Assembly: GCA_041946805.1 (NCBI GenBank) | Contig: JBHGBC010000015.1 | Location: 1-61,893 of the forward strand | Direction: 5' to 3' | Length of the DNA: 61,893 bases | Origin: a bacterium | GTDB taxonomy: Bacteria > Hinthialibacterota > Hinthialibacteria > Hinthialibacterales > Hinthialibacteraceae | Shown: positions 31,101 to 39,956 of the stretch, piece by piece | Position numbering within the stretch: position 1 is the first letter of the stretch | Layout of the letters: every line of letters starts with the position of its first letter | Made by a program: the position numbers and the translations under genes | Notes under the pieces: generated by a model | The model's input: only the letters and a program-made list of their open reading frames with translations | Told to the model about the DNA's origin: nothing | Databases searched by the model: none

Positions 31101-33355
31101 GTTGGGATGACCAGCGGGTGATGAACCTCTATGGCAATTACCAGGATTCGCCGTTGGTGCGGGGTGAGTCCGGATTTCTGGAGCACCTGGCCTATCAGTT
31201 CTTCCGCGAGGCGGGAGTGCCCGTGCCCGATACCCGCCATTACCGCCTGATGGTCAATAACAGCTATTACGGCTTGTTCCTGCAAGCGGAAGAGTATAAC
31301 GAAGACTTCGTGGCAAAGCACAACCAGGCCGCGGAGACCCGGATCTACCAGGCCGGTGTCAAGGCGCGGCGCAGTTACATGGCGCGCGAACCGAATTTCG
31401 AGGCTTACGCCAGCAAGTACCGGTACGCCATGGGCCGGGAGGACGACATCGCGCCGTTGATCGGATTCATTGAAGAACTGAACACCACGGCGGACGCGAA
31501 GGCGTTCTTCGAGGCCCACCTGGATATCGAGACGTACCTGGATTACCTGGCCTGCGTCGCGGTGCTGACGCACGTGGACAGCACGGAGAAGAATTATTAT
31601 CCCACGCGGGGAGCGGACGGCCGCTGGGTGATTCTGCCCTGGGATCTGAGCCACTCGTGGGGCGAACTGCCCACCAACGACACGTTCCCCTTCGTGCCCA
31701 ACATCAGCCTGCTGGACGGAGCGGAAGGGGGAATGTACGGCGTCAACCAGCTGCGGAAGAAGTTTCTGGACGTGCCGGAATTCCGGGAGCGCTATTATCA
31801 GCGGCTGCGCGATTTCGTGGAGCACGGCTTCACCCGCGCGCATTGGGATTCGGTGATCGACGCGTATTGGAATTATATTCAGGACGCGGTGGCCGAGGAC
31901 GCGCGGCAGTGGAATTCTCCGGGTCAATTGTCAAACCTGATATCGGAAATGAAGAAATACATCGACGCCCGGCGGGCCTTCATCCTGGCGGACAGTCTTG
32001 TCCGTCCCGCGGGGACGCCTCCCGCCCCCACGAACGTTTCGCCCGTGGAAGGGGTGGCGGTTACCAGCCGGCAACCCGTTTTGCAAGTGACGATTCCGGC
32101 GGGACAGACGGCCGGTGTGGTGACATGGGAAATCCAGTCCGGTCCGGCGGATTTCGCCCAGCCGCTATGGTCAAGGTCCGAACCGGGCGGGGGCACAACG
32201 ATCATGGTCCCGCCGGGGATTTTGGCGGCGGGCGGCATGTATTCCTGGCGCGCGCGTTACACGAACAGCGGCGGCCTGAGGAGTGAATGGTCGGCGCCCA
32301 CGTCCTTCCAGACGCCGGCCCGCCTGGCCCCCCCCGATGTTCAGAACGTCGTGGTGTCGCCCAGGGACGGCGCGGTGCGGATCTCGTGGACCCTGCCGGC
32401 CGCCTCGGACCTGCTGCGCGTGGATGTGTTCCAACAGGACAACATCCTCGAATCGAAGCCGATTACCGACAATCAACTGACGGTTCGCGGCCTGCAGAAC
32501 GGCGTGTTGTACACCTTCTTGATCAAGACCGTTTCCGTGGACTGGATGACTTCGCCCGGCGTCACGGTAAGCGCCCGGCCGGCCGCGCCCATCGCGGAAG
32601 GCAACACAATCGCCTATTTCCGTTTCGAGGGGAGCGCGTCCGACGCGAACGGCCTGTTTCCCGATGGGCGGTTGCTCGGAACGGCCGCCATTTCCGCGCC
32701 GGGGGCGGAATCGCCCATTCCGTTGACGCAGACGCCCAACACGGCCTCCTTGCTGCTGGGCGGCACGGCCGGGAACGGATTCCAGTTCGGATCGAACGAA
32801 CCGTACCTGGACGTGGAGCGCCGCGTGACCCTCGAATGTTATGCGCAGTTAGAGGCGGGATTCGCGGGCCGCGCGGTTCTGCTGGACCGGTACAACGAAG
32901 CGAGCGCCTCCGTGGACGGCGTCTGGCGTTTCGGGACCGGGTTGTCCAGCCCCGGCTCGCTCGATTTCCTCCTGAACGACGGCGGCGGCGATTCCGGCTA
33001 CGAGGGGCGGTTGCACATCGCGGCGGCCGGGGCCTTGCCGGCGGACGGGGCGTTCCATCATTACGCGGCGGTGGTGGACTTGGAGGCGGAATCCATCCTG
33101 GACAAAGTGAAGCTCTACCGGGATGGGAATCCGTTGCCGGTATCCGTGATTCATGATGACGGACAATCGAATTACAACCGCCTGCGCGTGGAAAGCGACA
33201 CGCCGGTGACCGTCGGCGCGCGTCCCACGGCGCTGAGTACCGCGGACGTGGTTCCCGGAAGGGTGGACGAGGCGCGGATCACGGCGGGCGCGCTGACGCC
33301 GGACCTGTTCCTGCATCCGGCGGGCGTGGCGGTCGACGGCTGGCCGTTGTATTGA
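28127..33355 (+). CDS. Large secreted CotH kinase family protein with three lamin-tail domains, galactose-binding-like domain, FN3 and LamG-like domain; C-terminal W motif
   Basis: GGAGG RBS and signal peptide. Three VINE(I/F)M/FY..E(Y/W).EL.N ... ADG.G.SLEL repeats. CotH motifs PKKNWRVRF, NYY, LPWDL. Ends GVAVDGWPLY. Confidence 0.88.
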   Translation: MFRYIRGFSLIVVMGLALPGQAEVVINEIMFHPRVDGANGEYVELYNTGAEAMDLSGWSFSEGIDFVFPRGTVIPGGGFLVICRNEIFLRQFYALANDILTTGNYAPSSLSNAGEEIVLLDAAGETADRVNYGDQSPWPLLADGQGASLELIHPLADNDNVLYWSAGRVPTPGRANSVLLASVPPRIGRVNRSPVAPGAADSTRVTAEFAADDALSNVILSYMVNRGVSRTVPMVKQGAAYSATIPAQANGSEVEYWITASNTAGYLITTPPGTPQTHYFYRVDANPPAAGSVVVNEFMYNNPTPDDEEREWIELFNPSGQAVNVSNWILKDENDSHVFRLPVGTTIPGNGFLLIAHEKDPAWTGPVVEGLSFSLGNQSDAVRLFDPNERLISGVYYNDESEWPAGADGEGGSLELLQATRPAAETNNWGVSAFGGTPGRPNARAVTDPEYHDYDIVINEIFYHPVDEEYDNNLEKEYLELHNRSTQPVDLSGWRFTDGIEFVFPEGTTMAGLGYLLVCRNTDRYPDAPNKAGNYLLQLNNGGEAVALSNKQGIVIDYVRYNDKPPWPVQPDGDGYSLELMVPTADNRLAVNWRSGQPSSPGAANAVTGANLPPEISEVTHTPRYPAAAASEARQEELMLIEVGQVWNFFRGKSQPPQNWKALDFDDASWEQGKTGIGYADNDDATLITDMQNSYASLFFRKTFTVQNPSSYSGLELGVDYDDGFIAYLNGVEVARGNIDGTPRYNQYALGSHEAGTMEFFDLKNYLNLLKEGTNVLAIQAHNNSLASSDFSLIPQLKITRDIPAGQDDADIVKITARVEDADGVKEVNLQYQRLSCPYGTGLVLGDWKTVRMVDDGTQGDTAAGDSIYTFQLNYAETLRPREIWRYRISAADPAGQESVMPLPNETTRNFAFFVEDRSDLPSFPTVYIFAEREVINWLNRNVESNQEQPALVVVGGEVYDLYFEGGVRYHGDTDRTKPKKNWRVRFPKGDRWDDQRVMNLYGNYQDSPLVRGESGFLEHLAYQFFREAGVPVPDTRHYRLMVNNSYYGLFLQAEEYNEDFVAKHNQAAETRIYQAGVKARRSYMAREPNFEAYASKYRYAMGREDDIAPLIGFIEELNTTADAKAFFEAHLDIETYLDYLACVAVLTHVDSTEKNYYPTRGADGRWVILPWDLSHSWGELPTNDTFPFVPNISLLDGAEGGMYGVNQLRKKFLDVPEFRERYYQRLRDFVEHGFTRAHWDSVIDAYWNYIQDAVAEDARQWNSPGQLSNLISEMKKYIDARRAFILADSLVRPAGTPPAPTNVSPVEGVAVTSRQPVLQVTIPAGQTAGVVTWEIQSGPADFAQPLWSRSEPGGGTTIMVPPGILAAGGMYSWRARYTNSGGLRSEWSAPTSFQTPARLAPPDVQNVVVSPRDGAVRISWTLPAASDLLRVDVFQQDNILESKPITDNQLTVRGLQNGVLYTFLIKTVSVDWMTSPGVTVSARPAAPIAEGNTIAYFRFEGSASDANGLFPDGRLLGTAAISAPGAESPIPLTQTPNTASLLLGGTAGNGFQFGSNEPYLDVERRVTLECYAQLEAGFAGRAVLLDRYNEASASVDGVWRFGTGLSSPGSLDFLLNDGGGDSGYEGRLHIAAAGALPADGAFHHYAAVVDLEAESILDKVKLYRDGNPLPVSVIHDDGQSNYNRLRVESDTPVTVGARPTALSTADVVPGRVDEARITAGALTPDLFLHPAGVAVDGWPLY

Positions 33356-33441
33356 TTCGGCCTGGCCGCGGAAGCAGGGCGGATTGAGCGTGGCGCAATC
33401 CAGGGCAGGAATCGCAGTTCCTTTCAGGCTGCGGGAATACA

Positions 33442-33470
33442 AAAAGCCCCGGAATTGATCCGGGGCTTTT
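33442..33470. terminator. Bidirectional intrinsic terminator
   Basis: AAAAGCCCCGGA-ATTGA-TCCGGGGCTTTT between convergent genes. Confidence 0.85.
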
Positions 33471-33528
33471 CCTTTTCGGTGGCACAGACCTCGGTGGCAA
33501 GGACCGCCGCCCGCCGAGAGGAAGGCCG

Positions 33529-33768
33529 TCAGGCAGTCACTCCGTCATCGCCGACCGCTTCGACCGGGCATTGCTCCATGGCTTCCCGGATTTTTTCCTC
33601 TTCGTCCATGCTTTCAGGTTGCTTGCAGACCACGTGGTGGTCGCCCGCGCCGCTTTCGATGAAGTTATGGGGAGCCACTTCCATGCACAGATTGCACATG
33701 ATGCAATTCTGATCGACATAATAGGGCCCCGGGGCATTGTCATCCCATCTCGCTTGATTGTTCGCCAT
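33529..33768 (-). CDS. Ferredoxin (single-cluster type)
   Basis: YYVDQNCIMCNLC..VAP..F ... CPVEAV; GAGGA RBS. Confidence 0.92.
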   Translation of the reverse strand: MANNQARWDDNAPGPYYVDQNCIMCNLCMEVAPHNFIESGAGDHHVVCKQPESMDEEEKIREAMEQCPVEAVGDDGVTA

Positions 33769-34163
33769 ACTCATATCCTCGATACATTCATCCATGATGG
33801 TGATCCGAAAATCCGATGACCGATATAATAAATCATTTTTCGCCTCAAACGAATAGAACAAACAATAAAAGCGCCCACGTTAGGATCGCATCCGGATCCC
33901 CCGCGCTGACCGCCGTCTGGTTGTGCCGGAGTGAATTATCGTGCGCGAAAAATAGATCGATGATCCTGTGTTGCGCCCGGGCAGGATGTCCAAGAATATT
34001 GTCATCCCCGTGAAAGCGGGAGCCAGGGCGTTTTTCCGGATTCGTGCAGGAAGTGCGTATCGTAGTTGGGCATGGCGCCGCGCCCCTGCCACGACATCGC
34101 GAATGTTGGATCCGCTATCGAGCGATCCTGGATTGTATCTCCTCGTGAAAACTGGATCTCTCT

Positions 34164-35741
34164 TCAATACGGCAAAATCACGCACCGGTAGAACAATTCA
34201 CTGGAATGCAGGGAGTTCGGATAGGCGAAGCTGGTGAACTGGGAAACGATCCCATAAGGCCGGTTGGTTCCCCCGCGGTTGAGGTCCACCAGATTCAAGG
34301 GCTGGCCTAAAATCCGGGCCAGACGGGGGATTTGGAGGCAATAATCCTTTTGGACCAGGATCACGGGAACGAAACCTGCGGCGTTGTTCATCCGGATTGT
34401 CTGTTGAAGCGTCTCGAGGGATCCGGCGGGGATTTGCCCCTCATCCGGCGCGATCACGGCGATATGGGTGTTCAAATAGAATTCGAGGCCGTACGGCGGC
34501 CGGTTTCCCAGGCTGTAATAAGGATACTGACCGGGCGCCGTGGAGAGCGAGGCGAGAATTTTGGTGGCGATCTGTTGGTCGTTTTTGGGAGATTCCAGGT
34601 ACGCGAAGGCGGCTTTCCCGATAATCGTCAGCAAGAACATGTGAACCGCGATCACGGTGAAACATTGCGGCCGCAGCTTATGCTGCGTGGTCAGCCAGGT
34701 GAACGTCCGGCCGAAAGCCAGGGAGATGTAGATAAAGAGGGGCAGCACGTACAAAGGCAGGCGCGACTGGCTCAAGGAAAAAATCAGGAGGGATATCCCG
34801 TAAGAGGCCGTCAGAAAAAACCATTCCGGATGGTTTGTCCAAAATTCCCACCGGCGGAATGAAACACGGTTCCATGGCAAATGCCGGATCTTCCCGAGTA
34901 TCAAAAAAATCCAGGGAAACGCGCCCAGGGTCAGCACCGGTCCATAGACGGTGAACGGCTTGCTCCAGCCGGCGTTGCGGCGGAATTCGTCCGAGGCCAC
35001 CCGCCCGTAGACCTCGTGGAACAACCAATAGCGCAACAAGCCCGGATGCAGGGCGGCTTCGTATAGATACCAACTCAATCCCAAGCCGAGAAACACGAGT
35101 ATTCCGGGGATGGAAAACAGCCGCGGCAGGCCGGGCCGGAAGGCGCGGAACCGGTAGTGGACGAGGAGAATGCCGGGCAGGGGGATCAGGCCGGGAGGAC
35201 CCTTGGTCAAAAACGCCAGGGCGAATGCGAGCCACATCAGAAGCAGGTAGGTGGTCTTTTCCCGGCGGACGGCCATCCAATAAAACAGCACGGCAGCGGC
35301 TTCGAACAAGACCAGCAGCGTATCACAGGAGACGACATTCGCAGCGGCCAGGGGGAACAGTGATGTGGCGTACACCAGGGCGCAATAGGGCGCCGTGCGG
35401 GAATCCCACAGGAACCGGGCCAGATAGTAGATCACGATGACGGTCAGGGTAAAGGCGAGAATGAGGTAGAAGCGCGCGCCCCAGGCGTTGAAGCCCAGAA
35501 GAACCATGCCCAGATTGATCCCCCAGTATACCAACGGCGGCTTGGTCCAGTGCGGTTCCTGGTCGAGGGTAGGTTCCAGCAGATTGCGCTGGAGCAGCAT
35601 TTCCCGGGCGCATTCCACGTAGCGGGTTTCGGTGGTGTGGTATAGCCCCCGGCTGCCTTGAAACAGGCTGGCCGCGAACAACGCCAGGACCATGATGGGT
35701 AACGGTTTCGTGAAAAAATGCGAGCGTGGAAGATCTTCCAT
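34164..35741 (-). CDS. ArnT/PMT family (GT39/GT83-like) membrane glycosyltransferase
   Basis: ETRY.E.AREM, HWTKPPL.YW, LTKGP, RLPLYVLP; multiple TM segments. Confidence 0.88.
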   Translation of the reverse strand: MEDLPRSHFFTKPLPIMVLALFAASLFQGSRGLYHTTETRYVECAREMLLQRNLLEPTLDQEPHWTKPPLVYWGINLGMVLLGFNAWGARFYLILAFTLTVIVIYYLARFLWDSRTAPYCALVYATSLFPLAAANVVSCDTLLVLFEAAAVLFYWMAVRREKTTYLLLMWLAFALAFLTKGPPGLIPLPGILLVHYRFRAFRPGLPRLFSIPGILVFLGLGLSWYLYEAALHPGLLRYWLFHEVYGRVASDEFRRNAGWSKPFTVYGPVLTLGAFPWIFLILGKIRHLPWNRVSFRRWEFWTNHPEWFFLTASYGISLLIFSLSQSRLPLYVLPLFIYISLAFGRTFTWLTTQHKLRPQCFTVIAVHMFLLTIIGKAAFAYLESPKNDQQIATKILASLSTAPGQYPYYSLGNRPPYGLEFYLNTHIAVIAPDEGQIPAGSLETLQQTIRMNNAAGFVPVILVQKDYCLQIPRLARILGQPLNLVDLNRGGTNRPYGIVSQFTSFAYPNSLHSSELFYRCVILPY

Positions 35742-35925
35742 ATCCGGTTGTTTAATTCCATCTTCAAAAATAGATATTCAAAAATCCCAATGATCCGGAT
35801 TACTGCTTGTTTACATGGTGGGATGGCCTGGTGCGTGGGATACAGCGATGAATAGATGGAAAGAAAAATCCCGGTATGAATTATACACACCGGGATTTGA
35901 AATGAAAAGTCTGGGAATGAATGAA

Positions 35926-37566
35926 TCAGTTCGGTCCCGTCACGTTGGTGGCGGGAGAGGTCGCGATTTTGAAGTAATCGATCACGGCCTGGTCGCGGAA
36001 GTTCGGCGCGGCGGATACCGGAACCTTCTCGTTGCCGACCACGAAGTTTTCCACCGGCGGAGCCTTGGGAATCCACAGGGGAGCCGTTTCCACGGCGCGG
36101 AAGAGGTCGGAATAGAGGGTCACGCTCCGGCCGTTGTTGCCTTTATCGCTGACGCTGAAGGTTTGAGCGGCGCCGGCCTTGTGGGTGGTCCCGAAGCCGT
36201 CCAGGACCAGGAAGCCCACCGCGATGTCATTGGTTGCAAAGCCCAGGTCCGGATTGGCCTGATTGGCGACGACGGCCAAATCACGGGCAATGGGAAAACC
36301 GAAATACGGTGTGGAGCGGCTGGTGGGGACCAAGGTGCCGCCGGATTCGGCGGGCGGGAAGATGATCTGCGCGTCGCCGATGGTATGGACGCCGCCGAAG
36401 ACATCGAGGAGGAAGAAGCCCTTGCCGCTGGGAGTGATTTCGAGATCGACGGCGAAGTCACCGCCGAAGTAGGGCAGATCGGCTTGCTGATCGAGCCAGG
36501 GTACAGCCACGACCGTGTTGTTGATGGGCGCGCCGAACATGGGATTCAATGTGCCGTCGTCATTCACCACATCATGATAATCCACTTTGCCATCGTCGTT
36601 GGCATCCCAATCCAGGGGCAGACGGCTGGAGTGGACCGCGCCATACCCGTCGAGGATGTAATAGCCGTTGGTCATGGCGATCGTGCGGGTGTCGATCACG
36701 CCCGTCTGGGTCGTGGAGGGCATGGTGACGGTGACGTAGTCCGCGGAGATCTCCAGGTCGCGGGCGATATCGGAGCCGAGACCGAAATAAGTGAAGATCG
36801 GCGTCACGCTGGTGATTTGATTGGCGGCGTACAACCGGTTGACCGGGAAGGAGTAGGGACCGTTTTGCACCAAGGCTTTCGGGCTGACCGTGGAGCCGGA
36901 AACGTCAATGGTTTCCGGGAAGAGCGTGACATGATAGGCGGCCGTGGCCAGATCCGTCGAATTGGGGGAGAGGTAAACATACAAGGGGAGGTTGGTATCG
37001 CCGACCGAGTGCACGACACCGTCGGCATCCAACACGAAGTAGCCGCGGAAGCCGAAGGTGACGTCGCGCCAGTCGGGTGCGATTTCCAGGTCCTTGGCCA
37101 CGTCGAATCCCCAGAACGGGGGGTATTGGGAGCGCATGAAATCGTCGATGGAGAGCGCCTGGGCTTTCTCTACGGCGTATTTCCCGATGCCGTCCGGAGA
37201 AGGTTCGGGGAGCAGGGCGGTGTCAGGCGAGGTGGCGTAGGAGGAGAGGTTCAGGGCGAATTGGCCTCCGAAGACATCCAGCACATACGCGCCCTTGGGG
37301 TTCCCCGCGGAATCCCCGGCGAATTCCACATCCTTGACAATGGGGATTCCGAATTCGAAACGTTGGGACGTGGCTTCCAGCTCCTGGAACAGAAACGGGC
37401 CCACGTTGTTATTGTCCAGAGGAGCGCTGAATACGCGCCCCAGCGCGTCGATGAGCAAGATTCCGTTCTCGTTGGCGGTGGTATTTTGCAACTGCGGGAA
37501 AGCCACGTGCGGATACCCAACCGTTAGAGCCAAGATGCCAAGCAGCAGCAGCCTCTTCAGGGCCAT
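35926..37566 (-). CDS. Secreted repeat protein, probable six-bladed beta-propeller
   Basis: AAGGAGG RBS and signal peptide; six G-x-[YF]-x-L-D-x-x-G repeats, most followed by F-G-x-x-x-A-x-D-L-E. Confidence 0.7.
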   Translation of the reverse strand: MALKRLLLLGILALTVGYPHVAFPQLQNTTANENGILLIDALGRVFSAPLDNNNVGPFLFQELEATSQRFEFGIPIVKDVEFAGDSAGNPKGAYVLDVFGGQFALNLSSYATSPDTALLPEPSPDGIGKYAVEKAQALSIDDFMRSQYPPFWGFDVAKDLEIAPDWRDVTFGFRGYFVLDADGVVHSVGDTNLPLYVYLSPNSTDLATAAYHVTLFPETIDVSGSTVSPKALVQNGPYSFPVNRLYAANQITSVTPIFTYFGLGSDIARDLEISADYVTVTMPSTTQTGVIDTRTIAMTNGYYILDGYGAVHSSRLPLDWDANDDGKVDYHDVVNDDGTLNPMFGAPINNTVVAVPWLDQQADLPYFGGDFAVDLEITPSGKGFFLLDVFGGVHTIGDAQIIFPPAESGGTLVPTSRSTPYFGFPIARDLAVVANQANPDLGFATNDIAVGFLVLDGFGTTHKAGAAQTFSVSDKGNNGRSVTLYSDLFRAVETAPLWIPKAPPVENFVVGNEKVPVSAAPNFRDQAVIDYFKIATSPATNVTGPN

Positions 37567-38159
37567 TTCGACCTCCTTGGAGCTCGTTGTATTTCGAAGT
37601 CCCTCACACAAATTCCTTCCCGTCCGGGCACAATCCGGACCGGACGGAAACCCTCTTCCTGCGCGATACATCACTTTTCCATAAACCCTCGCAGGTTGCA
37701 AGCCTTATGTGAAAGAAAATTCAGGAAAACACATTCCCCGATTGCAATCCGGCGATGGCAAATCATGGTGATGCGGAATGAATCCGAATCTTCCGCAGTA
37801 TAGGAAATTCCCCTGGTACTGTCAAGAGAAAATTCACTCAAGTACAACAAAAATCAGTATATGCGTTGTTTTTACCCGGTCCGGACCGTTTCCTTTGGGG
37901 CGGGTTTCCCTTCCAACCGGGCTGTTATATTACGGATAAGATAATTTGACAACCCCGAAGGAGGGGGAACTCCACCTCCCGTGGGCCGGGATATCCCCTC
38001 CGGAATTCCGGTCAAAGGCGCCGTCGTTTACTATAATTTAAACTCGCGGGAGAAAATTTTTTCTCTTAGCCGCCGTTTCACCGTTTTCGACAATGGAAAA
38101 GGCCAACTTTACCCTTTGTTATAGGGAATCGTAAAAATTGAGTGGAATTTCGCACTGGG

Positions 38160-38771
38160 ATGAATAGGATCGATTCCGCCGGCGTCGAAATAACCGGCCA
38201 CGAAAATGCGATGGAGGAGAGGGATCTGGTATTTCGCGCCCAGCAGGGGGACCATGAGGCTTTCACGGTTCTGGCGAGGACTTACCGCGATGCCTTGATC
38301 CAACTGGCGTGCGGATTTCTGCACGATAAGGAAGAGGCCCTGGACGTGGTTCAGGATGTCTTCCTCAAGGCGTTCCGGAAACTGGGTTCTTTTAAAAACG
38401 AATCCTCCCTCTACACCTGGTTGTACCGGATCGCGATCAACCAATGCAAGGATCGTTTGCGGCGGAAACAACGCCGCCCGACGGTCAGTCTGGAAGAACT
38501 GGGAAACGAAGGCCAGGTGTACGAGATCCCCGACCCGGGTGCAAGTCCCGAGGCGGTCCTGGAAGGTTCGGAACGCGAACGGCGGGTGCGGGCGGCCATC
38601 GACTCGCTTCCGGATAAGCATAAGAAGGTACTTCTATTGCGCGAACTGGGGGAAATGAGTTATAAAGATATAGCCGCGGTTCTGCGCTGCCGGGAAGGAA
38701 CGGTCATGTCCCGCTTGTTCCATGCCCGGAAAATGTTGGCGGAGAGATTGAATTCCTTGATCGAGGAATGA
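38160..38771 (+). CDS. ECF RNA polymerase sigma factor (RpoE/SigW-like)
   Basis: DVVQDVFLKA, LYTWLYRIAIN, SYKDIA.VL...GTVMSRLFHAR. Start could be 38142, 38160 or 38211. Confidence 0.92.
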   Translation: MNRIDSAGVEITGHENAMEERDLVFRAQQGDHEAFTVLARTYRDALIQLACGFLHDKEEALDVVQDVFLKAFRKLGSFKNESSLYTWLYRIAINQCKDRLRRKQRRPTVSLEELGNEGQVYEIPDPGASPEAVLEGSERERRVRAAIDSLPDKHKKVLLLRELGEMSYKDIAAVLRCREGTVMSRLFHARKMLAERLNSLIEE

Positions 38772-39325
38772 GGATGAGCAAGCGCAAATCCCCTAAAATC
38801 AGTGAGTTGGAATTATCCCGCTTCCTGGACGGCGAGCTGTCCCCCCCGGATTTCGAACGTGTGGCGGACGCCGTGCGCCGCTTCCCGGAGCATCGGCAGG
38901 CGGTGAAACGGATGCAGGCCGTTTCCGCTCTCGTCCGGCATCATTCCCGTATTTCCCTCACTCCCGGGGAACAACAAAGCTTCGATACGCAGCTCATCCG
39001 GCGGATGCAGGCGCCGCCGCACGTCCCTGCCGTCCGGTTGCGGGATTATCTGGCGCCGGTAACCGGCTGGCGGCATTGGGCTTGGCCGTGGCGGATGGCG
39101 GCGGCGTTGGCCTTGGTGCTGATGGGTGGCCTTCCTTTTTTCCTCGACTTCAATTCCTCTCCCGAGAAGGTGTTCCGGGAGCCGTTGGTTTCCGATTATT
39201 CCAACAAAATTTTCCATGAAAGCAATTCCAAGGCCCATTATGACATGATTTGGGTGATCACCGAGGAAGAAGAAGAGAGTGATTCCAACAATCCTCTCGG
39301 ATTATTCTATTTTTACAGAGCATGA
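38768..39325 (+). CDS. Membrane-bound anti-sigma factor
   Basis: ATGA overlap with the sigma gene; LSRFLDGEL anti-sigma domain without Zn cysteines; single TM. Confidence 0.75.
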   Translation: MRMSKRKSPKISELELSRFLDGELSPPDFERVADAVRRFPEHRQAVKRMQAVSALVRHHSRISLTPGEQQSFDTQLIRRMQAPPHVPAVRLRDYLAPVTGWRHWAWPWRMAAALALVLMGGLPFFLDFNSSPEKVFREPLVSDYSNKIFHESNSKAHYDMIWVITEEEEESDSNNPLGLFYFYRA

Positions 39326-39332
39326 AGGGACC

Positions 39333-39893
39333 ATGAGTCATTTGTCGCGTGTCATGCCAGAGATGGCCCTTTTTTTATTTTGGATGGTTGGCGCCGCGGG
39401 GTGGGCCGAAGAGAAACCGGCCGGCAAGCTGATCCGCGTGTCATTGATTGAAGCGGCCAAATCCGATACGTTCTATGTGGATATTAAAATCACATCGCTC
39501 GAAATGCAGCTGAAAGAGGTAATCGAGAGCAAGGATGACGACAAGGAACGTCTGGAACTGCGCCCGTTCAAGCATTTCACGCCGTTGCGGATCCTGGACA
39601 AACGGGAAATCGTGTTCGGCCGCAAGGATCTAATCGAAATCGACAAAGAAAAAAAGATGTTCGTCGAACTGAAGCTGGAGCCCCTGGTCGAGAAATATTA
39701 CCCCGCCATGGTCCGGTGGTTTACGCGGGAAGGGGAGACCGACAAGGAGATCATCGAGGCGAAGGATTATAAATTTTACCAGGATCGTAGCCTTTTGCTG
39801 ATCAAACTGAATACCAATTCCTCCACCGCCCTTTTGCTCGCCATCGAGTTTGTGGAACCCGATGCGCCGGAAGAATCCGGAAAGCCGAAATAA
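39333..39893 (+). CDS. Exported hypothetical protein, third gene of the ECF operon
   Basis: Signal-peptide-like FLFWMVGAAGWA; starts 8 nt after the anti-sigma stop. Confidence 0.65.
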   Translation: MSHLSRVMPEMALFLFWMVGAAGWAEEKPAGKLIRVSLIEAAKSDTFYVDIKITSLEMQLKEVIESKDDDKERLELRPFKHFTPLRILDKREIVFGRKDLIEIDKEKKMFVELKLEPLVEKYYPAMVRWFTREGETDKEIIEAKDYKFYQDRSLLLIKLNTNSSTALLLAIEFVEPDAPEESGKPK

Positions 39894-39956
39894 ATCCCCT
39901 GCCGATACATTATTCCTGATTTCACAACCATAAGGACACAACCCTCAGGAAAGTTA

